From: Solirubrobacterales bacterium
Lineage (GTDB): Bacteria > Actinomycetota > Thermoleophilia > Solirubrobacterales > 70-9
Direction: 5' to 3'
Length of the DNA: 64,000 bases
Assembly: GCA_035557635.1 (NCBI GenBank)
Contig: DATMDR010000061.1
Span: 44,730 to 108,729, forward strand
In this document: positions 1-10,923 of the stretch, one piece after another
Position numbering within the stretch: the first letter of the stretch is position 1
How the letters are laid out: every line of letters begins with the position of its first letter
Program-made: the position numbers and the translations under genes
Notes under the pieces: generated by a model
Database searches by the model: none
What the model was told of the DNA's origin: nothing
The model's input: only the letters and a program-made list of their open reading frames with translations

Positions 1-160
1 CGCCGCGATCGCGCAGCAGCTCGATCGTCGGCAGCGCGGCGCGGATCCGGGTGTCGTCCGCCACCCGGCCGCCGTCCAGCGGCACGTTGAAGTCGACCCG
101 GACCAGCACCCTGCGGCCCGCGACCTCGGCGGCGCGGACGCTCTTCTTGGAGAAGCTCAA
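1..160 (-). CDS. pgk: phosphoglycerate kinase, 5' end only (continues past left edge)
   Basis: Minus-strand translation from TTG at 160-158 gives [49 protein letters not shown], the conserved Pgk N-terminus (RVDFNVP...DD.RI). It lies directly downstream of gap. Absent from the ORF track because it is under 60 aa in the window. Confidence 0.8.
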   Translation of the reverse strand, partial: MSFSKKSVRAAEVAGRRVLVRVDFNVPLDGGRVADDTRIRAALPTIELLRDRG

Positions 161-178
161 GGCGCCGTCCCCGCGGGC

Positions 179-1617
<1,439 letters not shown>

Positions 1618-1661
1618 TGCGAGGGGAGGCTATAAGGGAATCTCGCCCGAAGGCTGTCCGC

Positions 1662-2435
1662 TCAGCCGCCGCGGGGGCTCCAGCGGAAGAAGCGGATCGC
1701 GAGCAGCAATCCGGCGACGCCCCAGATCGCGACCACGGCGAGGTGGCCCCAGTCGAGGCTGGCCCCGCCCGCACCGGGGATGTAGGCGTCGAAGAAGGAC
1801 TGGAAGAAGGGCCGGACCGGGAAGTGGTTGGCGAAGTCGACGACGCCGCTGGGCAGCTCGTTGTCTGGGATGAAGACGCCGGAGAGGAAGTAGAGCGGCA
1901 GCAACAGCGCGTTGACGATCGGCGCGGCCGCGTCCTGGGAGGGGATCACCGCGGTCAGGGCGATGCCGAGGCAGCAGAAGGAGGCGGCGCCGACGACGAG
2001 GACGAGGACGATCTCCGGCAGCGCCGACCAGGGAATCGGGACGTCGTAGAGGAGGCGCCCAATGGCGGCGATCAGCGCCAGCATCATCATCGCGAGGACG
2101 ATCGAGTTGCCGACCCGCCCGGCGATGAAGACCCAGGGGGGCATCGGCGTACCCCTCCCCCGCTTCAGCCGACCGTCCTCGCGTGCGATCGTCAGTGACA
2201 TCGTCAGCGACTGCATCGTCGCCGAGATCACCGCCAGGGTGATGATCGCCGGCACGTAGTAGGCGGTGGTCTCGATCCCGCCCCGCACGTCGATCGTCTG
2301 GTCGCCGAAGATCGTGGCGAAGATCAGCAGCAGGACGACCGGGAAGGCGACGGTGAAGAAGACCGAGGCGGGATTGCGCCAGAAGGCCTTCTGGTCGTAG
2401 CGGAACTGATGCCCGACGAGGACGAGGGCGCTCAC
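1662..2435 (-). CDS. ABC-2 type transporter permease
   Basis: 257 aa with multiple hydrophobic helices. 4-nt overlap with the upstream ABC ATPase gene. Confidence 0.85.
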   Translation of the reverse strand: MSALVLVGHQFRYDQKAFWRNPASVFFTVAFPVVLLLIFATIFGDQTIDVRGGIETTAYYVPAIITLAVISATMQSLTMSLTIAREDGRLKRGRGTPMPPWVFIAGRVGNSIVLAMMMLALIAAIGRLLYDVPIPWSALPEIVLVLVVGAASFCCLGIALTAVIPSQDAAAPIVNALLLPLYFLSGVFIPDNELPSGVVDFANHFPVRPFFQSFFDAYIPGAGGASLDWGHLAVVAIWGVAGLLLAIRFFRWSPRGG

Positions 2436-3289
2436 TCGGATCTCTCCGAGGTGAGCGAGAGGTAGATCTCCTCAAGATTGGGCCGGGTGACTTCCAGCCC
2501 GTCGAGCTGGAGTCCCTGCTCGACCGCGCGCCCGGTCAGCTCGTGCAGGGTCTCGACCGGTGTCCGGGTCTGCACCGAGACCTCCTCGTCGCCGAGCCGG
2601 TAGCTGATCGTCGTCGGCAGGTTCTCGCGATCGCCGAGGTCGGCGGGCGTCCCGGCGGCGACGATCCGCCCCGCGGCAAGGATCGCGACGCGGTCGGCAA
2701 GGCGCTGCGCCTCGTCCATGTAGTGGGTGGTGAGGAGAACGGTCTTGCCGAGGTCCCGCAGGCCGGCGATCGTCTCCCAGGCCTGGCGCCGAGCCGAGGG
2801 GTCGAAGCCGGTCGTCGGCTCGTCGAGGAAGAGCAGCTCGGGATCGCCGATCAGTGCCATCCCCACGTCGAGGCGGCGCTGCTGGCCGCCGGAGAGGCGG
2901 CTGGCGCGCTCGTCGGCCTTGCCCTCGAGGCCGACGAGCGCGATCGTCTCCTCGATCGGCCGCGGCTTCGAGTAGTAGCCGGCGTAGAGGGCGAGCGACT
3001 CGCGAACGGTCAGGTATGGGTCGGGGCGGCTGCCCTGGAGGACGATGCCGATCCGCTCGCGCCAGGCGCGGCCGGCGCGCCGCGGGTCCTCGCCCAGCAC
3101 TGCGACCTGGCCGGCGCTGGCCTCGCGGTACCCCTCGAGGATCTCGACCGTCGTCGTCTTCCCCGCCCCGTTTGGCCCAAGCAGGGCGAAGACCTCGCCC
3201 GGCTGGACCTCGAGATCGACCCCACGGACGGCTTCGACCTGGCCGTAGCTCTTGCGCAGGCCTCGGATGGAAATGACAGCGTCGGGCAC
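2432..3289 (-). CDS. ABC transporter ATP-binding protein
   Basis: Walker A GPNGAGKTT, signature LSGGQQRR, Walker B LLFLDEPT. The ORF is open to 3373, but GTG at 3289 (VPDAVISIRGL...) fits the usual N-terminus better. Confidence 0.9.
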   Translation of the reverse strand: MPDAVISIRGLRKSYGQVEAVRGVDLEVQPGEVFALLGPNGAGKTTTVEILEGYREASAGQVAVLGEDPRRAGRAWRERIGIVLQGSRPDPYLTVRESLALYAGYYSKPRPIEETIALVGLEGKADERASRLSGGQQRRLDVGMALIGDPELLFLDEPTTGFDPSARRQAWETIAGLRDLGKTVLLTTHYMDEAQRLADRVAILAAGRIVAAGTPADLGDRENLPTTISYRLGDEEVSVQTRTPVETLHELTGRAVEQGLQLDGLEVTRPNLEEIYLSLTSERSE

Positions 3290-3414
3290 GGGGCCGCCGA
3301 TTCTAGGGAGGGGTGGCTGACGAAGCCCAAGCGTCGCCAGGCAAGGACGCAGGGAGCGTGGCGTGCTCTGCACGCGAGCGACTGAGGACGCCGCATGGCG
3401 GCGCTTGGGCTTCG

Positions 3415-4341
3415 TCAGTCCAGTTCGGCGTCGCGGTGCTTCACCCGAACGACGACATCGTCCCGCCCCTCGAGGTCGCGGCGGATCCGGTCGGCGACGG
3501 TAATCGAGCGGTGACGGCCGCCGGTGCAGCCGACCGCGATCGTCAGGTGGCTCTTGCCCTCCGCCACGTAGGCGGGCAGGAGGAACTCGAGCAGCGGCAG
3601 CAGGCGGCCGTAGAACTCGCCGGCGAGGGTGCCGGCCTCGACGTACTCGCGGACCGCGAGGTCGAGCCCGGTCAGCGGGCGCAGCTCGTCGACGTAGTGG
3701 GGGTTGGGCAGGAAGCGCACGTCGAGGGTCAGGTCGGCATCGTGCGGCGGCCCGTTCTTGAAGCCGAAGGTGAGCAGGGTCAGGGCCAGCTTGCCGCTCT
3801 CGTCGCGGCCGAGCATCTCCTCGGCGATGCGGCGGCGCAGCATGCCGCTGGTCAGGTCGCCGGTGTCCATGACGACGTCGGCGCGCTCGCGCAGCGGCGC
3901 CAGCAGCTCGCGCTCGGCGCGGATCCCGTCGACGATCCGCCCCTCGGGGGCGAGCGGGTGACGCCGGCGCGTCTCCTTGTAGCGGTCGACCAGGGTCTCC
4001 TCGTCGGCCTCGAGGAAGAGCACCTTCGGTTTCAGCCCGTCGGTCTGGAGCTCGTCGAGAACCTGGAGTAGCTCGTCGAAGTAGTCGCCGCCGCGCACGT
4101 CGGAGACGACCGCGGCGCGCTCGACGCCGCTGCCGTCGTGGCGGAAGAGCTCGCCGAGGCTGCCGATCATCCGCGGCGGCAGGTTGTCGACGCAGAAGTA
4201 GCCGCCGTCCTCGAAGGCGGCGATCGCCTCCGACTTGCCGGCGCCCGAGTGGCCGGTGATCAAGACCAGGGTCACCTCGCTGCCCGGGGCGTGGCCGTCC
4301 CTGTCCTTGCCGCTCGCCGTCGCCCGCTCCGCTCGCGCCAT
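3415..4341 (-). CDS. rapZ: RNase adapter protein RapZ (YvcJ family)
   Basis: P-loop GHSGAGKS, FCVDNLPP, C-terminal GCTGGRHRS motif. Positioned directly downstream of uvrC. Confidence 0.9.
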   Translation of the reverse strand: MARAERATASGKDRDGHAPGSEVTLVLITGHSGAGKSEAIAAFEDGGYFCVDNLPPRMIGSLGELFRHDGSGVERAAVVSDVRGGDYFDELLQVLDELQTDGLKPKVLFLEADEETLVDRYKETRRRHPLAPEGRIVDGIRAERELLAPLRERADVVMDTGDLTSGMLRRRIAEEMLGRDESGKLALTLLTFGFKNGPPHDADLTLDVRFLPNPHYVDELRPLTGLDLAVREYVEAGTLAGEFYGRLLPLLEFLLPAYVAEGKSHLTIAVGCTGGRHRSITVADRIRRDLEGRDDVVVRVKHRDAELD

Positions 4342-6215
4342 CAGCCTGTCCTGTTGAGCTGCTCGTGAATCTCGCGGGCGACCTTGCCGGGCACCCCCGG
4401 CACCGCCTCCAGCTCCTCGCGGCTGGCCGCCACCAGCCGCTCCGGCGAGCCGAAGTGCTGGAGCAGGGCGCGCTTGCGCACCGGCCCGATGCCCTTCAGG
4501 TCGTCGAGCACCGAGCCGGTCATCGCTCGGTCGCGGCGGCCGCGGTGATGGTCGATCGCGAAGCGGTGGGCCTCGTCGCGGACGCGCTGGAGCAGCTTCG
4601 AGGCCTCGGAGTCGGCCGCCAGGTCGAGCGGCGCCGCGCGCCCGGGCACGTAGACCTCCTCCAGCTTCTTCGCCAGCCCGATCACGGTGACGCCGCGCTC
4701 GACGAAGGGGCGCAGGACGCGCATCCCGGCCGAGAGCTGCCCCTTGCCGCCGTCGATCACAACCAGGGAGGGCAGCGAGGCGAAGCTGGCGTCGCGCTTG
4801 CCGTCGTGGGGAGAGAGGTCGACCTGTTCGAGGTAGCGGTTCATCCGCCGTGTGAGCACCTCTTCCATCGAGGCGAAGTCGTCGGAGCCGTTGCTGCGCT
4901 CGCCCCGCACGCGGAAGCGGCGGTAGTCGGCCTTCTTCGTCGCACCCCCCTCGAACACGACCATCGAGGCGACGGTGTGGTCGCCGCCGAGGTTGGAGAC
5001 GTCGAATCCCTCTATTCGCACCGGCAGCTCCTCCATCCCCAGCGCGTCGCGCAGGGTCGCCAGCGACTCGACCCGGCGCTGGCGGCGGTGCTCGCGGCGC
5101 AGCCGGTCCTGGTCGAGGGCGAGGCGGGCGTTGCGCTCGGCCAGCTCGCGCAGGCGGCGCTTGTCGCCGCGCTCGGCGACGCGCACCTCGACCGGGGCGC
5201 CGCGGCGCTCGCTCAGCGCCGCGGCGAGCAGCTCGGCGCGGTCGCGCAGGTAGGGGCCGACGACGATCGTCCGCGGCACCGCGGGCGAAGCAGAGTAGTA
5301 CTGGCCGATGAACTCCTCGGCGACCTCGGCGGGCTCGCGCTCGGCCTGGTTGTCGAGGTAGAAGCTCTGGCGCTCGGCGAGGATGCCGTCGCGCACCTGG
5401 AAGACCTGGGCGTTGGCGTCAGCGCCCTCCGCGGCGACGCCGATCAGGTCGATCGCCCCGACCGAGCCGCCGGCGACCCGCTGGCGCTCGAACAGCGACT
5501 GGATCGCCTGCAGGCGGTCGCGGTGCACGGCGGCGCGCTCGAACTCCCGCGCCTCCGCCGCCACCTCCATCTTCGCCTGCTCGTCCGCCTCCACCTGGCG
5601 GTAGCGACCGGAGAGGAAGTCGACGATCGCGTCGATGTTGCGACGGTACTCGTCCTGGGTGACGTAACCGACGCAGGGCGCCCCGCAGCGCTTTATGTAG
5701 TGGTCGAGGCAGGGGCTGCCGGAGCGGCGGCCGGGCTCGGCCCCCTCGCAGGTGCGGAACTGGAACAGCTTGCCGAGCAGGTCGAGCGTCTCGCGCACCC
5801 GCTTGGCGCTCGAGAAGGGGCCGAAGTAGGCGCGGCCCGAGCGGTGCTTCTCGCGGGTGAAGTAGACCCGCGGGTACTCCTCGTCGAGGCTGACGCAGAC
5901 GTATGGGTAGGACTTGTCGTCGCGCAGGCGGATGTTGAAGCGCGGCCGGTGGCGCTTGATGAAGCTCTGCTCGGCGAGCAGCGCCTCGGCCTCGTTGGCG
6001 GTGACGAGGCACTCGATCCGGTCGACCCGCGAGGTGAGGCGGGTCTCGCCGCCGGAGAAGTGGGAGGCGACGCGCTTACGGATCGAGCGCGCCTTGCCGA
6101 CGTAGAGGATCTCGCCGTCGGTGCCGTGGAAGAGGTAGACGCCGGGGGAGTCGGGCAGCTGGCGGCGCTGCTGGGCGATCCGCTCAGAGCGCGTCAGGTC
6201 ATCGCCGTCGTTCAC
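4341..6215 (-). CDS. uvrC: excinuclease ABC subunit C
   Basis: GIY-YIG N-terminus (GVYLFHG..EILYVGKA), central UvrC domain, C-terminal helix-hairpin-helix (LDDLKGIGPVRKRALL). 624 aa. Confidence 0.96.
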   Translation of the reverse strand: MNDGDDLTRSERIAQQRRQLPDSPGVYLFHGTDGEILYVGKARSIRKRVASHFSGGETRLTSRVDRIECLVTANEAEALLAEQSFIKRHRPRFNIRLRDDKSYPYVCVSLDEEYPRVYFTREKHRSGRAYFGPFSSAKRVRETLDLLGKLFQFRTCEGAEPGRRSGSPCLDHYIKRCGAPCVGYVTQDEYRRNIDAIVDFLSGRYRQVEADEQAKMEVAAEAREFERAAVHRDRLQAIQSLFERQRVAGGSVGAIDLIGVAAEGADANAQVFQVRDGILAERQSFYLDNQAEREPAEVAEEFIGQYYSASPAVPRTIVVGPYLRDRAELLAAALSERRGAPVEVRVAERGDKRRLRELAERNARLALDQDRLRREHRRQRRVESLATLRDALGMEELPVRIEGFDVSNLGGDHTVASMVVFEGGATKKADYRRFRVRGERSNGSDDFASMEEVLTRRMNRYLEQVDLSPHDGKRDASFASLPSLVVIDGGKGQLSAGMRVLRPFVERGVTVIGLAKKLEEVYVPGRAAPLDLAADSEASKLLQRVRDEAHRFAIDHHRGRRDRAMTGSVLDDLKGIGPVRKRALLQHFGSPERLVAASREELEAVPGVPGKVAREIHEQLNRTG

Positions 6216-6276
6216 AGGTCAAAGAGTAGGCTCCTGGCCAGCTGGCCAAGCCACCCCGACTTACGGAGAGAGCGAG

Positions 6277-7101
6277 ATGACGACCGAGACCCTGAGCCCG
6301 CCCGAGCTGAGCACGCTGCGAATCGAGATCGACGGCGATATCGGCACCCTCACCCTCGACCGCCCGGACGCCTTCAACGCGATGAGCCCGGAGATGATCG
6401 GCGAGATGACGGTCGCCTTCGCCTGGCTCGCCGACCAGGCGCCGCTGCGGGCGCTGATCGTCACCGGCTCCGGCAAGGCCTTCTGCGCCGGTGGCGACGT
6501 CAACTGGTTCAAAACCGGGGTCGAGGACGACTCGATCGACCTGCCCGCGCAGGTGCGGCGCGGCGCCGAGGCGCTGCACACGGCGATCGTCGATCTGCGG
6601 CGGATCCCCTACCCAGTGATCGCCGCGGTCAACGGGCCGGCCGCCGGCGCCGGCTTCTCCCTGGCGCTCGCCTGCGACGTCAGGATCTCCTCCGAGGCGG
6701 CCTTCTTCGCTTGCGCCTACGGGCGGATCGGCGCCTCCCCGGACGGGGGCATGACCTACTTCCTGCCGCGCGTGGTCGGCCCCAGCAGGGCACTGGAAAT
6801 CCTCCTCAACGACCCCAACATGAGCGCCCAGGACGCACTGGCCGAGCGGCTCGTCGCCGAGGTCGTCGCCCCCGACGAGCTGATGGACCGGGCGCGGGCA
6901 AAGGCCGAGAAGCTGGCGGCCAAGGCCCCCCACTACGTGCGGATGGCGAAGCAGCTCTGCGGTCAGAGCATCGAGAACAGCCTTACCGAGCACCTCCAAC
7001 TGGAGCGGCACGGGATCGCCGACAGCATGGCCACCGAGGACCTGCGAGCCGGGGTCACCGCCTTCTTCGGCGGCGAGAAACCCGAGTTCGCCGGCCGCTG
7101 A
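6277..7101 (+). CDS. enoyl-CoA hydratase/isomerase (crotonase) family protein
   Basis: FCAGGDV and NGPAAGAGFSLALACD crotonase-fold motifs. 274 aa. Confidence 0.9.
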   Translation: MTTETLSPPELSTLRIEIDGDIGTLTLDRPDAFNAMSPEMIGEMTVAFAWLADQAPLRALIVTGSGKAFCAGGDVNWFKTGVEDDSIDLPAQVRRGAEALHTAIVDLRRIPYPVIAAVNGPAAGAGFSLALACDVRISSEAAFFACAYGRIGASPDGGMTYFLPRVVGPSRALEILLNDPNMSAQDALAERLVAEVVAPDELMDRARAKAEKLAAKAPHYVRMAKQLCGQSIENSLTEHLQLERHGIADSMATEDLRAGVTAFFGGEKPEFAGR

Positions 7102-7148
7102 GCGGGTACAGTCCCGTTGAGGCTCTCCCCCGAGGAAAGGAACCCAGC

Positions 7149-7613
7149 ATGAAGAAGGTTGCCGCACTTCTCGCCCTCGCCCTCGCCGCCTTCGCGCTCG
7201 TCGCCTGCGGCGATGATGACGACGACGGAACCACGACCGCGACGAGCGACAACGGAGCCGAAACCACCACGGAAACCGGTGGTGGCGAAAAAGCCGCCGG
7301 TGGCGGCGCGGGCGGTGGCGGAGCCGCCACGGCGCTGAAATTCGAGGCCGACCCGAGCGGCGCGCTCGCCTACACGACGACCGAAGCCTCGACCGGAGCC
7401 GGCAAAGTGACGCTCGCGTTCGACAACCCCCAGGTGGCACCGCACGACGTCGCGATCGAAGACTCCGGCGGCAAAACCGTCGGCCAGACCGACCTGATCA
7501 CCGAGAGCTCGACCTCGACCACGGTCGACCTCAAACCCGGCGACTACACCTTCTACTGCTCCGTGCCCGGCCACCGCGAGGCCGGCATGGAAGGCGACCT
7601 GACCGTCAAATAG
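7149..7613 (+). CDS. cupredoxin (plastocyanin/azurin-like) lipoprotein
   Basis: ATG at 7149 preceded by GAGGAAAGG. Lipobox LVAC followed by an Asp/Gly/Thr-rich linker. C-terminal type-1 copper ligand pattern H...YTFYCSVPGHREAGM. It is the 3' part of a spurious 1082-aa track ORF. Confidence 0.85.
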   Translation: MKKVAALLALALAAFALVACGDDDDDGTTTATSDNGAETTTETGGGEKAAGGGAGGGGAATALKFEADPSGALAYTTTEASTGAGKVTLAFDNPQVAPHDVAIEDSGGKTVGQTDLITESSTSTTVDLKPGDYTFYCSVPGHREAGMEGDLTVK

Positions 7614-7626
7614 TCCCGAGCCGGAT

Positions 7627-7650
7627 GGCGCCCGTCACTCGGCGGGCGCC
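7627..7650 (+). terminator. GC-rich hairpin downstream of the cupredoxin gene (possible terminator)
   Basis: GGCGCCCG (7627-7634) and CGGGCGCC (7643-7650) form a perfect 8-bp stem with an 8-nt loop. There is no clear T-tract. Confidence 0.35.
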
Positions 7651-7826
7651 CCATCTCTTAGATCGAGATGCGGTCCTTTCGGCCAGCCACCGTCGTCTTT
7701 CCCTACACCCTGGAGGTCCGGTGAGCATCAGAACCGGCTTGGCGCGGGACGACACTGCGGCTGAGATTACTTGCGAAAGACGCTCTCGGCGTAGGACACG
7801 AGCCACACCTGCCGAAGCTAACTGCG

Positions 7827-8750
7827 ATGTCCGACCTACGGATTCCGATCGGGCGATACGCACGGCGTGTCTTCTGGGCCGTCATCCTCAGCAGCATCGG
7901 GCTGATCATCCTTGTTCGGTTCCTGCTGATTCCTAAAATCTTTGGAACCAACACTCCTTCAGTCGCAGAGCTCCTTAACCAGAGCCTAGGAGACATTTTC
8001 TCAACGATCGTCGCGGCCACCGTGCTCAGCGGCGTTGTCCTTTGGCTAATTGCGCCCTCAAAGAAGAGAGTGGACCTGGAAGTCATTCACCCCAAGGACA
8101 TCGGTGTCATTCTGGATCGGGCGCTTCGTGATGCTCGGTCTTGGCACTACAGCGGCTCGACTGGCCGCTGGAACCGATCAAAAGTGCTTCCCGCACTTGC
8201 ATCTGCGGCTCGACGAACCAACTCTACGAGGTCTTGCCGAATGATCATTCTTGACCCAGAAAACGAGCGGATATGCACGGCGTACGCCAACTATCGTCGT
8301 GGACTACGCACCGGAAGGGGAAATGATTGGGATCTAAGGAGCGTGCGAGCCGACCTCTGCGCAACCATCGTCCTCGCCGCATTGCACAAGAGCCGAGAGC
8401 CTCTTCTCGACATTCGTCTTTTCGTGAAGGCGCAAAGTCCAGTGTTCCGAGTAGATGCATCAGGTGAGCATTTGGTGTTGACGCGAGAGGATCCGGCCGA
8501 GCCAGCCCTAGCCTGCGGCGCAGGCACTCACTTCTTTGACGCATTCATGGAGTCTGTGAACTTTGATGCGCGTCAAGCCAGGGAGCTCGAGATCTCGGAG
8601 CAAGTTCCCGGTGATAAGAAGCTGGATAGAGATATCGTCCGTCAGGTACTCGACACGGCTGCACTACAGCTCCACGAGCTTGCTAGCGACAATTTTGTAG
8701 ATCAGATCCTTGAAAAAGCAGTAAGCCCCAAGAACCCGTATGGCTTTTGA
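7827..8750 (+). CDS. hypothetical membrane protein (2 N-terminal TM helices plus about 220 aa of unknown domain)
   Basis: Hydrophobic helices VFWAVILSSIGLIILVRFLLI and IFSTIVAATVLSGVVLWLIA. No motif I recognise. Local GC is about 47-55% against about 70% in the flanks. Confidence 0.6.
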   Translation: MSDLRIPIGRYARRVFWAVILSSIGLIILVRFLLIPKIFGTNTPSVAELLNQSLGDIFSTIVAATVLSGVVLWLIAPSKKRVDLEVIHPKDIGVILDRALRDARSWHYSGSTGRWNRSKVLPALASAARRTNSTRSCRMIILDPENERICTAYANYRRGLRTGRGNDWDLRSVRADLCATIVLAALHKSREPLLDIRLFVKAQSPVFRVDASGEHLVLTREDPAEPALACGAGTHFFDAFMESVNFDARQARELEISEQVPGDKKLDRDIVRQVLDTAALQLHELASDNFVDQILEKAVSPKNPYGF

Positions 8751-9390
8751 CATCAACGCGCTAGCGACAGCAGTGCGTGCAGGTTCCACTCGCGAGGTTC
8801 TACTGGCCGCACAATCCTTGATTGCGATCCTCAGGGAAGATCCTGACCTGGTTGCCTTGACGGCTCACCCGGTTGGGTTCGCACATGCCAAGCTAGCGGA
8901 GACGGATCGCTCTGCGATTCGCCTCCATCTTTGGCCGATCCCTCCCATTGCGACGCAGGACCCGCCCTGGCTCGTGCACCGCCACGCATGGCCGCTGACT
9001 AGCTATGTGGTTCACGGCGCCGTGATCAATCAGACCTATCGCGTAACCAGGGATAAGCACGGCTCGAATCGCCTTTATTCCGTTGGCTATGACAGGGACG
9101 TGTCGGTCATGACCGCGACCGACGTTCGCGTGAGCTATGAGCTTGAAGAAGAGCAGACAGTCACCGCTGGAGAGAGGTACCTCGTTGATCCCAACGTCTT
9201 CCATTCAACCCTCGCCGCTTTTAGCGAGCCCACCGCGACGATAGCTGTCACAGGCGCCCCACATGGCGGGGCCCCAAGTGTCATAGGCGCTGCTACCGGC
9301 GATAGCGAATATCAGTTCAAGCGGCGCGATCTCAGCACAGAGCAAGGCCGTACAATCCTCAACTCGCTCCCGCGGGAGCCGCAGCCTTAA
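8740..9390 (+). CDS. hypothetical protein, possibly a cupin-like beta-barrel
   Basis: 11-nt overlap with the upstream gene. His-containing pattern IRLHLWP...LVHRHAWPLTSYVVHGAV...VFHS resembles cupin/CDO-type metal motifs. This is inference only. Confidence 0.5.
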   Translation: MAFDINALATAVRAGSTREVLLAAQSLIAILREDPDLVALTAHPVGFAHAKLAETDRSAIRLHLWPIPPIATQDPPWLVHRHAWPLTSYVVHGAVINQTYRVTRDKHGSNRLYSVGYDRDVSVMTATDVRVSYELEEEQTVTAGERYLVDPNVFHSTLAAFSEPTATIAVTGAPHGGAPSVIGAATGDSEYQFKRRDLSTEQGRTILNSLPREPQP

Positions 9391-9397
9391 GACTCGC

Positions 9398-9871
9398 TCA
9401 GGTGGCGGGTGCCATCACACGGGTGACGGAGTCGCCGACGAAGCACGGCTTCTCGTTGCCCTCGACCTCGAGGGTGAAGCGGGTGACCACCTGCCACCAG
9501 CCGCCGCCCTTGTCGTCCATCGAGACGAACTCGGCGCGGGCGCGGACTTTGGAGTCAACCGGCACCGGGGCGGGAAAGCGGATCTTGTCCCAGCCGTAGT
9601 TGACGCCGAGGGCGAAGCCGCTGGAAGAGATCATCTCCTTGCGGAAGCCGTCGACCAGGGAGAGGGTGAGGTTGCCGTGGGCGATCGTCGTCCCGAACGG
9701 GCTCTCGTTCCTGGCCCGCTCGACGTCGACGTGGATCCACTGGTCATCGCCGGAGAGCCTGGCGAAGGTGTCGATGTCCTCCTGGGTGACCGTGCGCCAC
9801 TCGCTCGGCCCGATCTCCTGACCGAGCAGCGCCTGCATCCCCTCGACTCCCTGCACCTCGACCGTCGCCAT
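9398..9871 (-). CDS. MaoC-like (R)-hydratase / hotdog-fold protein
   Basis: FARLSGDDQWIHVD...FGTTIAHG hydratase motif. 157 aa. Confidence 0.85.
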   Translation of the reverse strand: MATVEVQGVEGMQALLGQEIGPSEWRTVTQEDIDTFARLSGDDQWIHVDVERARNESPFGTTIAHGNLTLSLVDGFRKEMISSSGFALGVNYGWDKIRFPAPVPVDSKVRARAEFVSMDDKGGGWWQVVTRFTLEVEGNEKPCFVGDSVTRVMAPAT

Positions 9872-9910
9872 CGCGTCGCAGGCTACAACAGCGGTTGCGC
9901 TATCAAGGGG

Positions 9911-10114
9911 TCAGACGCGATCGGGAGAGCGAAGCTCGGAAAGGTTGCCGCCCCAGCCAAGTCCCTCCGCTGCCAGCATCTCCTCGCTGCTAATCGACTC
10001 GCCGACAAGCCTGCGCAGGGCGAGATCGACGGCCTCGCGCTTGCTGCGCAATCGGTAGAGACGCATCGCATGATCCACCAACTCGTCGTCGATCTCGATA
10101 CTTGTCCTCGTCAT
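9911..10114 (-). CDS. VapB-family (DUF2191-like) type II antitoxin, no cognate toxin adjacent
   Basis: MTRTSIEIDDELVDHAMRLYRLRSKREAVDLALRRLV matches the VapB antitoxin N-terminal pattern. ATGA overlap with the stop of the upstream hydrolase fragment. Confidence 0.7.
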   Translation of the reverse strand: MTRTSIEIDDELVDHAMRLYRLRSKREAVDLALRRLVGESISSEEMLAAEGLGWGGNLSELRSPDRV

Positions 10115-10923
10115 GCGACCAGCCTAACTTCGAACGCTGGGACGAAGAGGGCGCCGGCGCCGTCCAAGAGGGCGAGGATGCGGCTGACGTATGCCTGCGT
10201 CTCGGGGTAGTCGGGAACGCAGTCGCAAGCTTCGACCGGCGCCGGGCCGGCATTGTAGGCGGCAAGGGCTAGGGAGGGGTCGCCGAACTGGCGCAGCAGG
10301 TCTGACATGAGATGCGCTTGGGCGTCGATCGCTTCGACGGGGTCGAAGGGGTCGAGCAGGCCGTAGGCGGCCGCCGTCGAGGGCATGAACTGGGCGATCC
10401 CCTGAGCACCGGCCGGGGAACCCGCGTTGGGATCGAAGTTCGACTCGGCCATCAACTGGCCGGCGAGCAGGGCGGCGGAGACGTTCCAGCGGGTCGCGGC
10501 GCGCAGCAGCGGCGCCCGGTACTGGACTGGGACGAACGATGGAAGGCCTCCGCTACCTGAGAGCGCGCCGTCTCCCCCACCGCCCGTCACTACGGAGTTG
10601 CCTGCGGCTGAGCAGGGCGCCGGCCCGGCGTCGAACCCATAGTGCCAAGCCTCCCAGGAGTAACGCTGGACGAAGCCGAAGCGGCCGGCGTTGGTCGCGA
10701 GCCAGCCGTAGGCCGTTTCGGGGCCGAGGTCGAGCTCGGTGGCGCAGCGGTGCAGCGATTGGCCCGGCGGTGCGACCCAGCGCGGGTCGGGGTTGGCGGC
10801 GAAGAGCGCCGCCTGCTCGGCGTCGGAGCGGAAGCCGGAACTGACGAGGAGCGTGAGGCCTTCGGACGCCGCGGCAGCCGCCATCCGGTCGAAGGCGGCG
10901 GCGACGTCCGGCCTCATCCCCTC
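10111..10923 (-). pseudogene. 3' portion of a split gene: VanY/M15 D,D-carboxypeptidase domain plus SLT lytic transglycosylase domain
   Basis: VanY-like motifs (SGFRSDAEQAALF, LHRCATELDL). SLT-like motifs (AESNFDPNAGSPAGAQGIAQFMP, AAYNAG). No signal peptide. The frame is closed by a stop only 3 codons upstream of the first Met (10927-10929), at the element junction. Confidence 0.75.

Noticed and set aside
4365-7613. 1082-aa plus-strand ORF, the longest plus-strand ORF in the track
   Set aside because: It is antisense to uvrC for most of its length and is Arg/Ala/Gly/Pro-rich low-complexity sequence typical of high-GC shadow ORFs. Only the last 154 codons (7149-7613) form a real gene (the cupredoxin lipoprotein), and 6277-7101 in another frame is the real enoyl-CoA hydratase.
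9398-9871. Gene downstream of the VapB-like antitoxin as its cognate toxin
   Set aside because: The sequence is a clear MaoC/hotdog hydratase (GDDQWIHVD...AHG), not a PIN or other toxin fold. It is also separated by 39 nt rather than coupled.
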